Of a stretch of DNA of 64,000 nucleotides, positions 49,101-61,480 are shown in pieces. The stretch covers positions 50,447,514-50,511,513 of the forward strand of contig JASCQW010000081.1 in the NCBI GenBank assembly GCA_030264375.1, in the 5' to 3' direction. Source of the DNA: Carcharhinus longimanus (lineage: Eukaryota). A program made the position numbers and the translations under genes. Numbering within the stretch: the first letter of the stretch is position 1; each line of letters opens with the position of its first letter. The notes under the pieces are model-generated. The model had not been told where the DNA came from. It searched no databases and saw only the letters and a list, made by a program, of their open reading frames with translations.

Positions 49101-49328
49101 CGTTTATATAGAGCTCCCCACTGATTGAAGCAATTAAGGTCGGGGAGGGCAGAGGGCAGGGTCACAAACAGCCATGGGGCCCCACAGTAGCAGGGCTGTG
49201 TCAGGTGTCTGTTGCTGCCAGAGTATAGACCTGCATATACGCAATTGCATCCTCTGCTGCTATCAGCTGTCAGTGATTTAGGCCATGTCCAGTCCCCCTA
49301 CTGGTAATATACAGATCTCACGATTTTT

Positions 49329-49420
49329 ACATAAGAACATAAGAAATAGGAGCAGGAGTAGGCCATCTGGCCCTTCGAGCCTGCCCCGCCATTCAATAAG
49401 ATCATGGCTGATCTGTCGTG
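49329..49420 (-). mobile_element. Young CR1 3' tail
   Basis: Same tail as 1-77, 13788 and 37612. Confidence 0.8.
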
Positions 49421-49879
49421 GCTCAGTTCCACTTTCATGATGGGCTATTCTGTTACTCAAATTTGTCTCTAATTATATCAATATCTATAAGTCCATGAAA
49501 CTGGGTAGAATTTTCCCATCCCGCCCACCACAGGAATCATAGTGGGTGGGAGATGGACCATGCAAAGGTTCGTTGACTTTAGGCAGAATTTTCTAGCTTT
49601 AGGGTAAGCACAGCCAGGAAATCCTGCCCATTGTCTTTCATACAGAAGCTCAGTGAAAACCCTGGGGAACTTCTCAAATTACAACATCACAAATGTTAAC
49701 AAGACTACTACTTGAGTCTACTACTTGCTTTAATGTATTTTTCAAAGATTAACTGACATGCTCAAAAGAATTATCAGTCAAGGGATGATATTCTGCAGTT
49801 CATAAAATCTTAATCCTTATTAGATTGCTGGTAAAAAGCAATTCCCTGATCTTTCTAAACATCTTTTGGAATTTTAACC

Positions 49880-50520
49880 CTGAAAAAGGTTTAGCAATTT
49901 AATGATGATGCACAGTTCATCAGATAATAGCCTGTAGACCACTGATTATTGGCAATGCACTTGACAGACTTTTTCACAGGCTCCGCTAGGTCCATAGTAA
50001 TTCTTTCAAAGGGTGCATTGAATCTGGGTCTATGGGGGGCTAATGAAGATTGGAGATTAGGTTTAGATCCTATAATTGCCATTCTCCATAGAAAATACAC
50101 AGCAGTGTGACTTCTTTATAACAACACCCAGCCAGAAAAATAAGGTTGATCTCAGCCTTTCACAAAGTGTCTAAATCCCATTCCTAACATCAGGTACAAC
50201 AAACTAAGACAGGCAACTAGACATTAAGACTAGATCTTGAAACAAATTAGGTTTTTTCATCCTTGTGATGGCTTTACTTGCATCATGGAATAAGCCATTG
50301 TTATGTATTATTTTCCCAAATATCTCTTAAAACCCTCTCAATTGTATCCCCGCCCAACTCCTCTCTCCAAGTGAAACAATTCCCTGTCTTTTGTTCTCAT
50401 AGGTTGGGTGTCATTCCTAATTAAAAGCAATTAAGGCCACCAATTTCTTAAAGCTATACTGCATTTCATATAACCATTGTATCCCTATCTCGGACTCAGA
50501 GCTTTCATTATCATGTGACT
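49880..50520 (-). mobile_element. Decayed Gypsy integrase-region fragment
   Basis: LAP...APFERITMDLAEP (PF.RI.MD..GP) preceded by FFW.GV zinc-finger-region remains. Confidence 0.6.
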
Positions 50521-50934
50521 AAGTGGAAGTCAATGTGTCCCATTCATAGCTGACACAAGTTTTTTTATCACATCAAGAATTCAGGAACAGAGGTCAGTGA
50601 CCTCAAATTGTGGCTTGCAAGATTATCTGTACATTAAACTGAATGGACAGAAAATTCAGTGGACTGTGAACTGGATGTACGAACCTCCATGTCTGTATGT
50701 TTGATATTTGCTCCCACTGCACACCATTCAGAACCAGGTGTATGAAATTATAACATTTACGCCAAACCAAACATCAACCAATCAAAATTGTGTGATATGA
50801 ATGCAAATATTTTTTACATTCAGTGGAATATATTAATTTCCACATTCGACATGATGAAGAAACATCTAATTTTAAGATTCATTAAATGGCAATCACATTG
50901 ACTTTTACATTGCGAGTTTTAAACAACCACTTAC

Positions 50935-51094
50935 TTCAACTTCATTTTCTTTCTGCCGCAGTGTGTCGGTGAGCTCTTCCATACGAAATTCTAGACCCCC
51001 ACCTTGATTATCCGCCACATTCTGATTTTCCTTATTTAATTGACTTATCTGAAGATCTTTGGTTCTAAGTGCTTGGGTCAGCTGATCTATAATT
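50935..51094 (-). CDS. PDE4DIP: Myomegalin long-isoform exon: IIDQLTQALRTKDLQISQLNKENQNVADNQGGGLEFRMEELTDTLRQKENEVE
   Basis: Acceptor ctcttgcag, donor gtaagt; 160 nt (phase 2 to 0), completing the Arg codon of the previous exon. Coiled-coil composition, similar to human RIEELNQSL. Confidence 0.9.
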
Positions 51095-51475
51095 CTGCAA
51101 GAGCACCAAAGATATTCACATCAGTCCGAAAATCCTAAATGAAAAAATATGGCCATTTAATCCTAATACTGTGTATAAAAGTATAGACTGCATGGTGACT
51201 TCATTAGTTTACTAGTGGAATACTGCATCCACTTCTATTGTGTTGCATTGCCTTTAAAATACCTTACAAGCTCAAACAGTAAAACATCTGTTAACTGCAT
51301 TATTGGGAGACATACAAGGAGGAATGGCTTTACTTTCAAAATGCTCAGAATATTAGCAAAATTTAACTGCAAATAAGGCCAATTTTACAAGTTCTGAGAT
51401 AGCGTTTTACAGACATATAAATATTATTTAAATTGCTGGCATATATTTTTGCAGAACAATAAAAATAATACTTCA

Positions 51476-51625
51476 CAGAATCCTTACAGTGCAGAAGAGG
51501 CTATTCAATCCACTGAGTCTGCACCAACTCTCTGATAGAGTGTCTTACCACACCCCCTCCCCCGCCCGATCCCCATAACCCCACACATTTCCCATGGCTA
51601 ATCCATCTAAGCTACACATTTTGGT
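51476..51625 (-). mobile_element. HE1-like SINE 3' part, tail A
   Basis: agaatccttacagtgcagaagaggc tail. Confidence 0.75.
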
Positions 51626-51629
51626 ATTT

Positions 51630-52565
51630 TGAAATTGATGAGTGCAGAGAAAGCTCAAAGTATAGATGTAGTTATAACAGAACCTATAAAAACTTTTGGA
51701 GAAACAATTAGAATTGTGTGATCAAATTTATATCAAAGGATATATTCCAAGTGATCTGAGACATTCATTACTTGTTAAATGACCTATGAAACCTAAAGCA
51801 ATAGAGCGCAGTAATTTTAGAACGATTAACTAAATAAGTTATCTCATTAAAGTGGTCTTGAAAATCACAATAGAAAGAAATAACAACACATTTGAAGAAG
51901 AACTTGGTGAAACACAGTCTGCATTTAGACCTGGGTTGGGCTTTTCCTGCCCTTCCCGACTTGGGATCTTCTGGTCCTGCTGAAGTCAACCCCCAGGTTC
52001 CCCAGCAAGGGACAGGCAAGTTAAGCAAATTGCCATTGCTTTCTGTGGGACTAGAAGATTACTCCCCGTGGTCAATGGTAAGCCGTCTCTGTCACGGGAA
52101 AACCCACTGCAGGGGGAGAGGGGGCAGGAAAGCTCCTGCCCTGGAGCAGGAATAAAAGGGGGAATATTTAACCCAAGAACAATCTTTAATAAATATCTAG
52201 AAGCAAACAAGAACATCTACCTGTGCTTCATAGACTACGAAAAAGCTTTTAACTGTTTTTATCACCAAAAGTTAATAGACGTGTTACAGAAATGTGACAT
52301 TGGTGGTAAAGAGATTTATCTAGAATTTATATTAGGACCAAACAGCATCACAAGAAGAGGGACAATGGGGTATGTTTCAACTGAAAAGAAGAGTAAGACA
52401 AGGATATGTGCTGTTACTAAAATTATTCAATCTGTACACAGAACAAATATTCAGATGTACCTCCAGGGGTAAAAAAATGGAGGCAAGAACATAACAAACT
52501 TGCAGTAATCAAATAGCATAGCGTTACTTGCAGAATCAGAAGGAGCCCTACAAAATATCATAGAT
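51630..52565 (+). mobile_element. Decayed RTE-clade LINE RT fragment with an unrelated insert (about 51930-52150)
   Basis: YLCFIDYEKAF, VRQGYVL..KLFNLYTEQIF and GGKNITNL motifs in shifting frames. Confidence 0.75.
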
Positions 52566-52876
52566 CAGGGTTTCCTAAACATTTTGAGCTGCAGAACACC
52601 TAGTGACTTCTCAAGTGTATAGAATCCAAACATTCGCAATGGTGGTGCCCTTTTTTTGTTGCAAAATAGATGCGAACACAGAAATCAAAAGAAAGACAAA
52701 CAAACCTTTTCTAGCTATGTCTATGTACATTTTAGGAATTAGGAAGAGGCACAGTCACAAAACACATTCACCAGCTACATGGGCCTCTCACATTAACCCA
52801 AGGCAGTTCCCATAACCCCTTAAACCTTGGAAGTAGTCCTACATTTCAAATATTAAAATAGGTCTCCTGTATTTAC

Positions 52877-53043
52877 CTGTTTTTTTCTGTTAAAACTAAT
52901 TCATTAGCTTCCCATAATCTTAGCTTCTCTTGGTTCTCCCAAATAGTATCATTTAGCTTCTTCTCCAATTCAAAACATCGTAATTTTTCAGCTTCTGCAA
53001 CAGAGTTTATCTTCTCTGCTTCATTCTTGGCCAGTCTGGCTTC
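52877..53043 (-). CDS. PDE4DIP: Myomegalin long-isoform exon: EARLAKNEAEKINSVAEAEKLRCFELEKKL...VLTEKNR
   Basis: Within ORF 52873..53055. Acceptor acacag, donor gtaaat; 167 nt (phase 0 to 2). Resembles human ESRLAKNEAARMAALVEAEKECNLELSEKL. Confidence 0.93.
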
Positions 53044-53644
53044 CTGTGTGTACAAGCACAGTAAGTAATGTATTAGGTATCTTTAAGTTTTATTTTTGAT
53101 TTTAAAAATCTTCAAATCTAGTAACTTCTTGAAGCAATCAGGTAGAATCATGTGTCCTGCTTTGTTTGCTGCTCTCAGAAAAAGATGCATTGACATATGT
53201 GTGTATGTACTTCCCTGTCAAAATGTGATTAAAAGAATCAATGCAAGTATAAAATAAGTGAGTCTGTTTTACATTTTGGAGATAGGACAAAATAGATATG
53301 TCACTCAGGTGAAATCCTGAGTGCAAGTAAGGTGGAACATGACTTATGCCTGCTCACTGTTTAATGGCTAATCCCATTATGTTTTGTGTGTCAATTTCAT
53401 TTAGGGGGAGAGCCTGACTACTTGAAAACCTGCAATTTCGTACTTGGATTTAATGATCCATATATTTCATGGTTCAAGGATCAGCTGCATTTACTGAGAA
53501 TGCAATACACAAAGCATATCATTTGCAATGACTTCCCGTCATTCTGTATTCTATCATTAAGACTTGGAGGCAGCAAAGTTCTGTCGTATTCTCACCTGGA
53601 AGTATTTCTGCACCCACTACACCTTGCATCCATTAATCCCACTA

Positions 53645-53940
53645 AAAGCTTTAAAAGTTTATTTATTACTGTCACAAGTAGGCTTATATTAACACTGGAA
53701 TGACGTTACTGTTAAAATCCCCGAGTCACCACACTCCGGTGCCTGTTTGGATACACTGACAGAGAATTTAGCATAGCCAATGCACCTAACTAGCTCGCCT
53801 TTCGTTCCTTCGGGCGACAGTGGGAGGATATCACAGCTCCCGAAGGAAACCCACAGATACGGAGGGAGAACATGCAGACAGTGACCCAAGCCGGGAATCA
53901 AACCCAGGTCCCTGACATTGTGAGGCAGTAATGTGCCACA
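53645..53940 (-). mobile_element. V-SINE, tail type B
   Basis: aaagtttatttattactgtcacaagtaggc tail plus head. Confidence 0.82.
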
Positions 53941-53959
53941 GTATTGCATACAATGCAAT

Positions 53960-54300
53960 ACAATGATACATAACTGTCATCACACCCATTCTGGGCTGCA
54001 TACCAATGTCAGAGATAGCCTCCTACCTTTTACCCTGGATAATGTATACCCTGCTGCCCTTATCCTCACTAGCATCATGTCTCCTTTACCCATTACCCCT
54101 GTTCTTGTTAATCTACATTGGCTTCTGGTATATAAAAACCTTGATTTTAAAGTTCAAGTTCAAATCCCTCCATGATTGCACCTTTTCTTATCTTTCAAAA
54201 CTCAATTAACCCTTCAACTTACAAATAACTCTGTGTTCCTCCAATTCTGTACCCCCACCCCTTCCAACTAAGCCCTGTGTTCGGGAATTCCCTCTCTAAT
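53960..54300 (+). mobile_element. L2 LINE 3' fragment
   Basis: PITPVLVNLHWLLV...DFK, a typical L2 ORF2 C-terminus. Confidence 0.7.
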
Positions 54301-54741
54301 CATTCTCCTGTGACAACATGATCCTTGGCTGTCTGTTAGACTTGTGGAAAGTCATCACAGATTTTGCACACAGGATCACTATTTGGCATGACTCAGATTG
54401 GGAAAGAAAATGGAGCAGAGGATGGAGTCAGTCATCTTCCCACTTGGTTTCTCTGTTTGGTACTTTTAAGCACTCTACACTGAAAATGAATACAATTCTT
54501 TAACTAATTTAATAAGCCTTTCTTTTGGAAATACATTGTGAAGTTAAGTGATGTAAAGTTTTGCCTAGTTGGGCTAGGAAGATGAGCTAAAAGGCATTCC
54601 ACATCTGTGCTTTGATTTCACAAAAGGTTTACTCCACATGATGGCGAGATGAAGGGACTAAGTCCTAAGTCCATGACTAAGAATAATTATAGTCATAACT
54701 AGCACAGACTAAGTCCATGGCTGAACCACATCTTCACTCAC

Positions 54742-54865
54742 CTCCTGCAGAAGCTGAATCTTATTTTGCAAGATGGCTTGCACATGCTCAGTCTCCTGTT
54801 GGCTCTCCTCATATTTCTGGTGGATCTCGGCCTCATTTTGATTGTGCAGGTTTTCTACAGCTTTC
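54742..54865 (-). CDS. PDE4DIP: Myomegalin long-isoform exon, just downstream of the CM1 region: KAVENLHNQNEAEIHQKYEESQQETEHVQAILQNKIQLLQE
   Basis: Manual reverse-complement translation. Acceptor ttgtcag, donor gtgagt; 124 nt (phase 2 to 0). Resembles recalled human myomegalin ADVENLNSQNEAELRRQFEERQQETEHVYELLENKIQLLQE. Confidence 0.93.
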
Positions 54866-55119
54866 CTGACAAACATAAGAGGAAATTATGACTTGCTCAA
54901 ACTTTAAGATATTCATCAGCTTTTCCATTGAATGAAAAGGCAATTAAACATGGACATTTTAACTATATGATACAATATCCGCATTCCCCTTAGCCATGAT
55001 CCTTCTTACCTACCAGGATTTTCACAGGAAAAAGTCTTGTGGGAGCTTTCACCTACTGCACAGCCATCATTGTTTGATGTATTATTTGGAATACATCTCT
55101 TTTGCTTGGTCAATAAAAC

Positions 55120-55375
55120 TATTAGGGAAATTAATGGAAAAAATAATTAGGGGTAGGATGTATGAGCATCTGGAGCGTTGCGGTCTGATTAGGGACACGN
55201 NNNNNNNNNNNNNNNNNNNNNNNNNNNNNNNNNNNNNNNNNNNNNNNNNNNNNNNNNNNNNNNNNNNNNNNNNNNNNNNNNNNNNNNNNNNNNNNNNNNA
55301 GGTGTAGGGTGATGTGGCGGCGCGGGCTTGTTGGGCCGAAGGGCCTGTTTCCCGTGCTGGGTTGTTCTTTGTTCT
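55120..55375 (+). mobile_element. Young CR1 LINE collapsed at a gap, with tail type C
   Basis: GKLMEKIIRGRMYEHLERCGLIRD before the gap; tail ggcggcgcgggcttgttgggccgaagggcctgtttcccgtgc...ttgttctttgttc after it. Confidence 0.8.
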
Positions 55376-56189
55376 ATTAAATGTTCTTTCTCTACTGTAA
55401 TTGTAATTCATTCCTGTATCTAAGATATTGTTATCACCCATGAAGTCTTGTAGCTGGGGTTTCTTAAGCATCTGCAGTTTTATTATTTTATTGGTGGCCT
55501 CTCCATTACAACAGAATGTGTAAACTTGTTATATCAATATATAGATATATTGTTTCCCAAGTTACTTTTTCAGTTTTGCATTTATTATTACATTGATTAT
55601 GAAAATAGAAAGTAGATGTTATACTAACATCCAGAAAGGTACATTGATTTAGATTTTTTCATGTTATATTTGAAGAAGCAGGCAAAAAAATGTCAGTTTT
55701 AAAATTTAAGTTTTTAATCCAACATAGATTCAGTGTCTTTCCATTTGTCTTAATTGAGGTTTCCTGTACTTTCAATGGTAAGTGGCAGGCAAGCAGATTC
55801 TTCATGACTACTGTCAGTGCCATGCTATGACCAATTAATTAATCCTCACATGCAAACAACACCAAACATTTAGTGAGCTGTTGCCCGAAGGTGTCTCTTG
55901 GACGTAATATGATGTTTCAGGACTATGTTTTTAAACTTAGGATAAAATGAAGACAGTTCTGTGACTTGTTCTGAAGTTGGCTTGACAACAAGCCTGGGTA
56001 ATTTTACTGCTAAAGACTAAAGGGAAGCCCTAATTGTTTAACTGGAAAGTAGATACAAGTTGTTCAAACTTGAAAACATTGGCAGCAACATTTCTGTTTA
56101 CAGAGCTTAGATTTCTAGTCTCAAAAGACCAGGAAGGTGCTGAGAATGTTGGGTTGTAAATGTATATGACTGAACTGGAGGTCATCGCT

Positions 56190-58860
56190 CTTGGAACGGC
56201 CGATGGTGAACCTCTGGTATCTTCGTCTTTCCACCGACACCATCGGTATTTGTTTTAACTGGCGTTGATGTAGGAAATAGAGATTGTCTCTGTGTCTGAA
56301 CAGAAGGTGAAGTGCCTGCTTTCCTCAATGATATCTGGTAAGGTAGGCGTTGTAGGAAGGTTCAAGTCAGCATTTTGTAAGTCTGATCCTGAATTTTCAT
56401 CAGGCTGCAGATTTGGCAGATCTGTTCTTCTCAATAACTGGTCTGCATGTGTTTCTCCTCTAAATAATGTCATCACTGATCTGGACAGTGCAAGGGACAG
56501 GTCCGATCTGCACAAGGACGGTGGCAGGAACCTGCGGAAAAGTTCTGAATCAAAATTCCTTGTTCTTAGTGGAAACTCTGTTTCACCTGGCCTTCCTGCT
56601 ATTCCACTTGTGCTTATTGTTGCTGTCACACAATCTCCTTAGAGTTTGGAAGTTTCAACAGATCGAATGTGGAACGCAGCTGCCTTTTTATCACGAGTAA
56701 GGCAGTAGAGTTCTTGGTCATGGAATGTGTGGTATTTCAGTAGACCAGAGGAATTTGTTAAGGCATTTGATAAGTGAACCTTGTTCCTTGGTTGCTTTTG
56801 AGGTGTGTTTCAGGGTTGACGAAGCATTCAGCTCATCCATTAGTAGCAGGATGATATGGTGCGGAAGTAATGTGTTGAATACTATTCTTTTATAGGAAGT
56901 TCTCAAATTCCTGAGAGACTAATTGAGGTCCTTTGTCATTTACCAGCTGTTCAGGAAATCCAAAGCAACTAAATATTTCTACTGGCTTCTCAATATCTTC
57001 TCAGATGAGGTGGATGTCATCACAGTGACCTCTGGCCATTTGGTGCAAGCATCAAACATTACTAAGAACATATGTCTCTTGAAAGGTCCTGCAAAATCCA
57101 CATGCACACATTGCCAAGCCTTTTCAAGCCATTCTCATGAATGCAGCAGTGCTAAGGACAACAGATTTCTTACCTATGCACAAGAAGAAAATCTTCTAAT
57201 TTTCTTCTCAATTTTCACATCCAATTCAGACCACCAAAAATAACTTCTTGCTATTTCCTTCATGCATACAACTCTGCAATGGACCTCATGTAGCTTCTTT
57301 AACACCTGCTCCCTCAACAGTGTGGAATGATCACTCTGAGCTCCCATAGAAGACATCCTGACTGCACTAACAGCTCCAATCTCCTGGTGCAATAGGATTT
57401 CAGGTTAGGTATTAGTTCCAAAGTTTTTCCTCATAAAATCATATCCATCACTTCTGAGAGCACAGGATCATTCCAAGTGTGTTTTCTTACTTATCTAGAA
57501 GTGTCAGATGTGTTGACTACTTGTTCAAATGGAAGATATTCCCTTCGAGCTGTGTGACAAACTGCCTGATTGTGACAATGTTGAAAATCCATCCACATTA
57601 CAATATAGACTTGACTGTCAGTACTCAATGGTATAAGCATGTGCAAAAAAAGGCAATGTCCATTTTTGCATTCTACTTGCTGCAAATGACAGAATTTCCA
57701 TGTGTAGTCCAAAAATGAGTGGATGATGATCCGTCAACAATGTAAACTCTCTCCCATACAGGAACTGGTGGAATTTCTCTATTCCAAAAATGATCCCTAA
57801 CACCCATTCAATCTGGGTATAGTTACTTACAGCTTTGCTCAAGATTTGAGAAGCAAAAACAGTGCATCTTTCTTCACCCGATAGCATGATATGGGAGACA
57901 ACCGCTCCTACACCGTAAGGGGATTCATCACAAGATAACCGTATGGGTCAAGTAGAAATCAAAGTGTATGGGAACTTTAGACTCAAACAATGCTTCTTTG
58001 CAATAATGCCTTCATGCTAGCCATTGATCCAACCGACCATTTCCAGGTCCTTTTCCGGCACACGAGGTTACGTAATGGTTTCAGAATTGTTGTCAGATTT
58101 GGGGCAAATCTTTCATAATAAGTTAATAATCACAGGAAGGAACTTAACTCATTAATGTTCTGAGCTGCAGGTGCCTCTGTAATGGCCTTAACCATAGAAG
58201 GAGATTTGTGAAGGCCAGTGGCATCAGTCATGTGTCCCACATATTCAATGACGATTTGGAAAAACTCACACATATCTTTGAGCTCTGAGACTATAGTCTT
58301 CCGATCTCTGGAAAGTGGCATCCAAAATTCAAAGATGTTCCTCTTGTCTCTTTCAATTATGAGGATGTCATCCAGATGGCACTGGACTCAGGTGCAATAT
58401 GTGTATACATTCTGTCTGTCTGCGAAGAACAGGGCCCTGTGTATTAATATGTCATTTCCAGTATAAGCAAATTCACCACACAGAGCCCAATTAACAATCT
58501 TAAATTGATTGTCAATGTGATTCTTAGCACGTTGAGGATTATTTATTCCACTGTATTGAACCAAGTGTAAACTTCCAATGAGCAGAACTATGCTGCCTGG
58601 AGCCCTTCTGACAGAAATCGAGGAATCACATCTAAAGTTGTATTTTGAGTTTTGCAAGCACAGGCTGGTTGGGTACAGTCTGTACTGTGTCTGTTGCAAA
58701 CAGTTATTGGGACATGCTGTTTGATATGATCCGCCAGTCTTTGGGAAGCATGACCTACATACCTAGCATCACTCTGGCACTGAATTTCATAGTCACATTA
58801 TTCATTTGTGTGACAGTGGCAAATACCACTTGTGTTGCTCCTGCATTGTAGTAACGTGAG
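56190..58860 (-). mobile_element. Degenerate Gypsy LTR retrotransposon pol (RT, RNase H, integrase)
   Basis: HLDDIL (RT), CD.SPYGVGAV and FASQ.LS...NY.QIE...KFHQFLYGREFTLLTDHHPL (RNase H), LHEVH...MKEIARSYFWW and DA..KWPEV (integrase). Many stops and frameshifts; LTRs not identified. Confidence 0.9.
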
Positions 58861-61094
58861 ACAGCTAGCTCCACCTGTTGCCCAAACTTCTGAGATATCT
58901 TGCCCTTCCAGGGTAATCAGAGGAAGATTGTGCACTTTTCAGGGCCAAACATGATGCCCTTGGGCCCATGAGTTTTCATGATATACAATGCAAAATGATC
59001 TGATTAGGGTAGCCATTGTCCCGCAGGATGGTTTTGATGTGGTTTATTTCAGCATTAAGTTTGCGTGGTGAACAAATGGCAAGGGTCCGACCTACAAGGT
59101 TGCTGAGAAGAGCAATCTTTTATCGTGTGGGTAGACTGTGGTAGTGAAATACTTGGCACTATGCAATTCTGACAGTGGTGGTCTGGGGCATTGGCCAAAC
59201 ATTGTCTGGAGGGTGGGGGAGGAAGTAGTAAGCATTTTTGGAGGTACAGAGGAGATGAGCATATGGAGTAGGGTGAGTATTTTTAGGGGTGGGNNNNNNN
59301 NNNCCCCCCCCCCCCCGCCCCCCCCCCCCCCCCCCCCCCCAAGATGAGCAATGTCAGGATTGCAAAGGATAAGCATTGTCAGGAATGAGGAGAGGGGTGA
59401 GCATTGTCAGGGATAGATGTTGGATGAGCATTATGGGGATGCAGGCTTGTTGTTTTTTTAAGGCATTCCTGATACATTTCTCATTGTTAATAATTATGCC
59501 ATGTCTAATATTAACAGCGGGAGAAGGTTGGGTTAAATAGCCAGGTAAGTTTTGGACATCAAGCCCAAATCTGAGTCACTGAGTTCAGTGTCAGAGACAT
59601 TCTCTCAGAAGGGCTGCAGGCAGCAAAGTTCTGCTCATTGGAAGTTTACACTTGGGTCAATAGTGTGTGGGTTGGGACATCCTCTGGATCCCAACCTGCA
59701 ACAGCAGCAAATATCTTAATATTTGCCACTGTTGCCATCGGAAGATCTGGGCCCTAGTCACTTTCTTCCAGGTTCAAGTTCCAGGTGAGGAAGAAATCCA
59801 ACTGCTACCTCCTCTGGATGTTTGGCAGCATTCTTGACTGAAGGGTGCCCCTTATAGGATAAAGACTCAACTTCCTCAGTAGAATGAAGCACTTTGAACG
59901 CAACATCTTCAAACAGTGCCACTTTCTACTTCACCTGTTTCAGAATTATAGAATATTTTATTAGTACCCTTTAAGAGCTGTTAGTCTCAGATAAACCATA
60001 CCTAACCTTTGTGCTCCCAAGCCCGTGGTGTGGCTTGTGGCAGGAATTTTAAAAATCACTTAAGTGAGTTGATGTTGCCAAATGTAGGGGTTTGAGCACA
60101 ATGACACCTCGACTCCTATACAGTTATTACGTATTATACAGAGCTTTGAAGAACAGCATGTTATCACAAATAGTATTGATCTGTATACAGCCTGGGAATT
60201 TTAAGTTTCTTGCAAATATGGGAAGCTTTGTTCCTCAGACTGTACATAGTCTGTACCCTTTTCCATGGTACATCAATGCACAGATGAGGTGGTCACATTT
60301 TGCTGCCAGTGCAGTTTAAGTTGTTGTGGAGGCTGCAGCTGTCATTAGCTATTAATAAAATGCTGCAATGGGAGCAGAGTGAAGTCTGTTGATGTGATAC
60401 TGAAGCAATGAGTCTCAGTGGGTTTTCAACATTCCTTCTGCCTCAGTTACACATCTTCCGGTCAAGATGATGGCTGACCTCAGCAAAGTAAAAGATTGCA
60501 TATAGCCGTCATGCTGGCCATGATCACGGGTGGCTGGACCCCAGTCTCTAGTCAAAGGTGTTCCTGGCTGACATATTTCAGGTTTAGTGACATATAACTT
60601 TGTTGCAGCAAAATCCTGAACTTTAAGCAACAGTTTATTTTATTTTAAGACCAGGTTGGCTTACAGCTCATCCACATAATATTCTTAGAAGAGTAAAGGG
60701 TTGAGATGCATGTTAAGACTGGTAGGTGTATAGTACCATCCATCCACCCACTCTTCCACTAGTTTCTAGTTCTTTATTTGTTTTATCTTTGATATTCTCT
60801 GTTTTTCCCTTTTATCACTTTTCCCTTTTCATGCATCCATCAATTCTCCTCGCTTCTCTCTTATCTCATTCTCTCTCTCTTTTCTGGTTCACACTGACTT
60901 TTCTTGTTCAGACACTGGAAGACAAAGGGCCTTAACTTCCTCGGAGCGGCGATCAGTGTTGGATTGCCACTCACTGCCCAAATACTTATGAGAGACAGGC
61001 CTGTCTCACCTAACCTTGTGACTCATGTTGGGTGAGATCCAGGCAGTGCAGCTCATCCCCAAGGCCCATGTTCAAAGTCCAGCTCTGTCAAAGT

Positions 61095-61480
61095 GAAATA
61101 TAGAAACTAGAAGCAGGAGTAGGCCATCCAACCTTTCATGTCTGCTCTGCCATTCATTTTGATTATGGCTGATCATCGAATTCAATATCCTGATTTCCCC
61201 CTTTCCCTCATATTCCTTGATCCCTTTAGCCCCAAGAGCTTCAACTAATTTCTTCATGAAATCAGATGTTTTGGCCTCAACGACATTCTGTGGTAGTGAA
61301 TTCCCTCTGGGTGAAGAAATTTCTCCTCACCTCAGTTCTAAAAGGATTACTGCTTATCCTCAAACAACGACTCCTGGTTCTGGGAACATTCTTTCTGAAT
61401 GTTAGAATTTTATAAGTTTTTGTGAGATTCCCCTCTCACTCTTCTAAACTCCAATGAATATAATGCTAACCAACTTAACT
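61095..61480 (-). mobile_element. CR1 3' end fragment
   Basis: Tail tagaaactagaagcaggagtaggcc plus C-terminal ORF2 remains; same family as 20570. Confidence 0.75.

Noticed and set aside
58870-59240. Possible Harbinger transposase C-terminal remnant
   Set aside because: Similarity is too weak to support by eye.
59283-59340. G run followed by a long poly-C tract (G-quadruplex candidate)
   Set aside because: Adjacent to an N gap; homopolymer length is unreliable.
59750-59940. Possible exon on the minus strand (acceptor-like aaacag, EEVESL peptide recalling CM1 VEVESL)
   Set aside because: Stops in all three frames just after the acceptor, and no wider similarity to the CM1 region.
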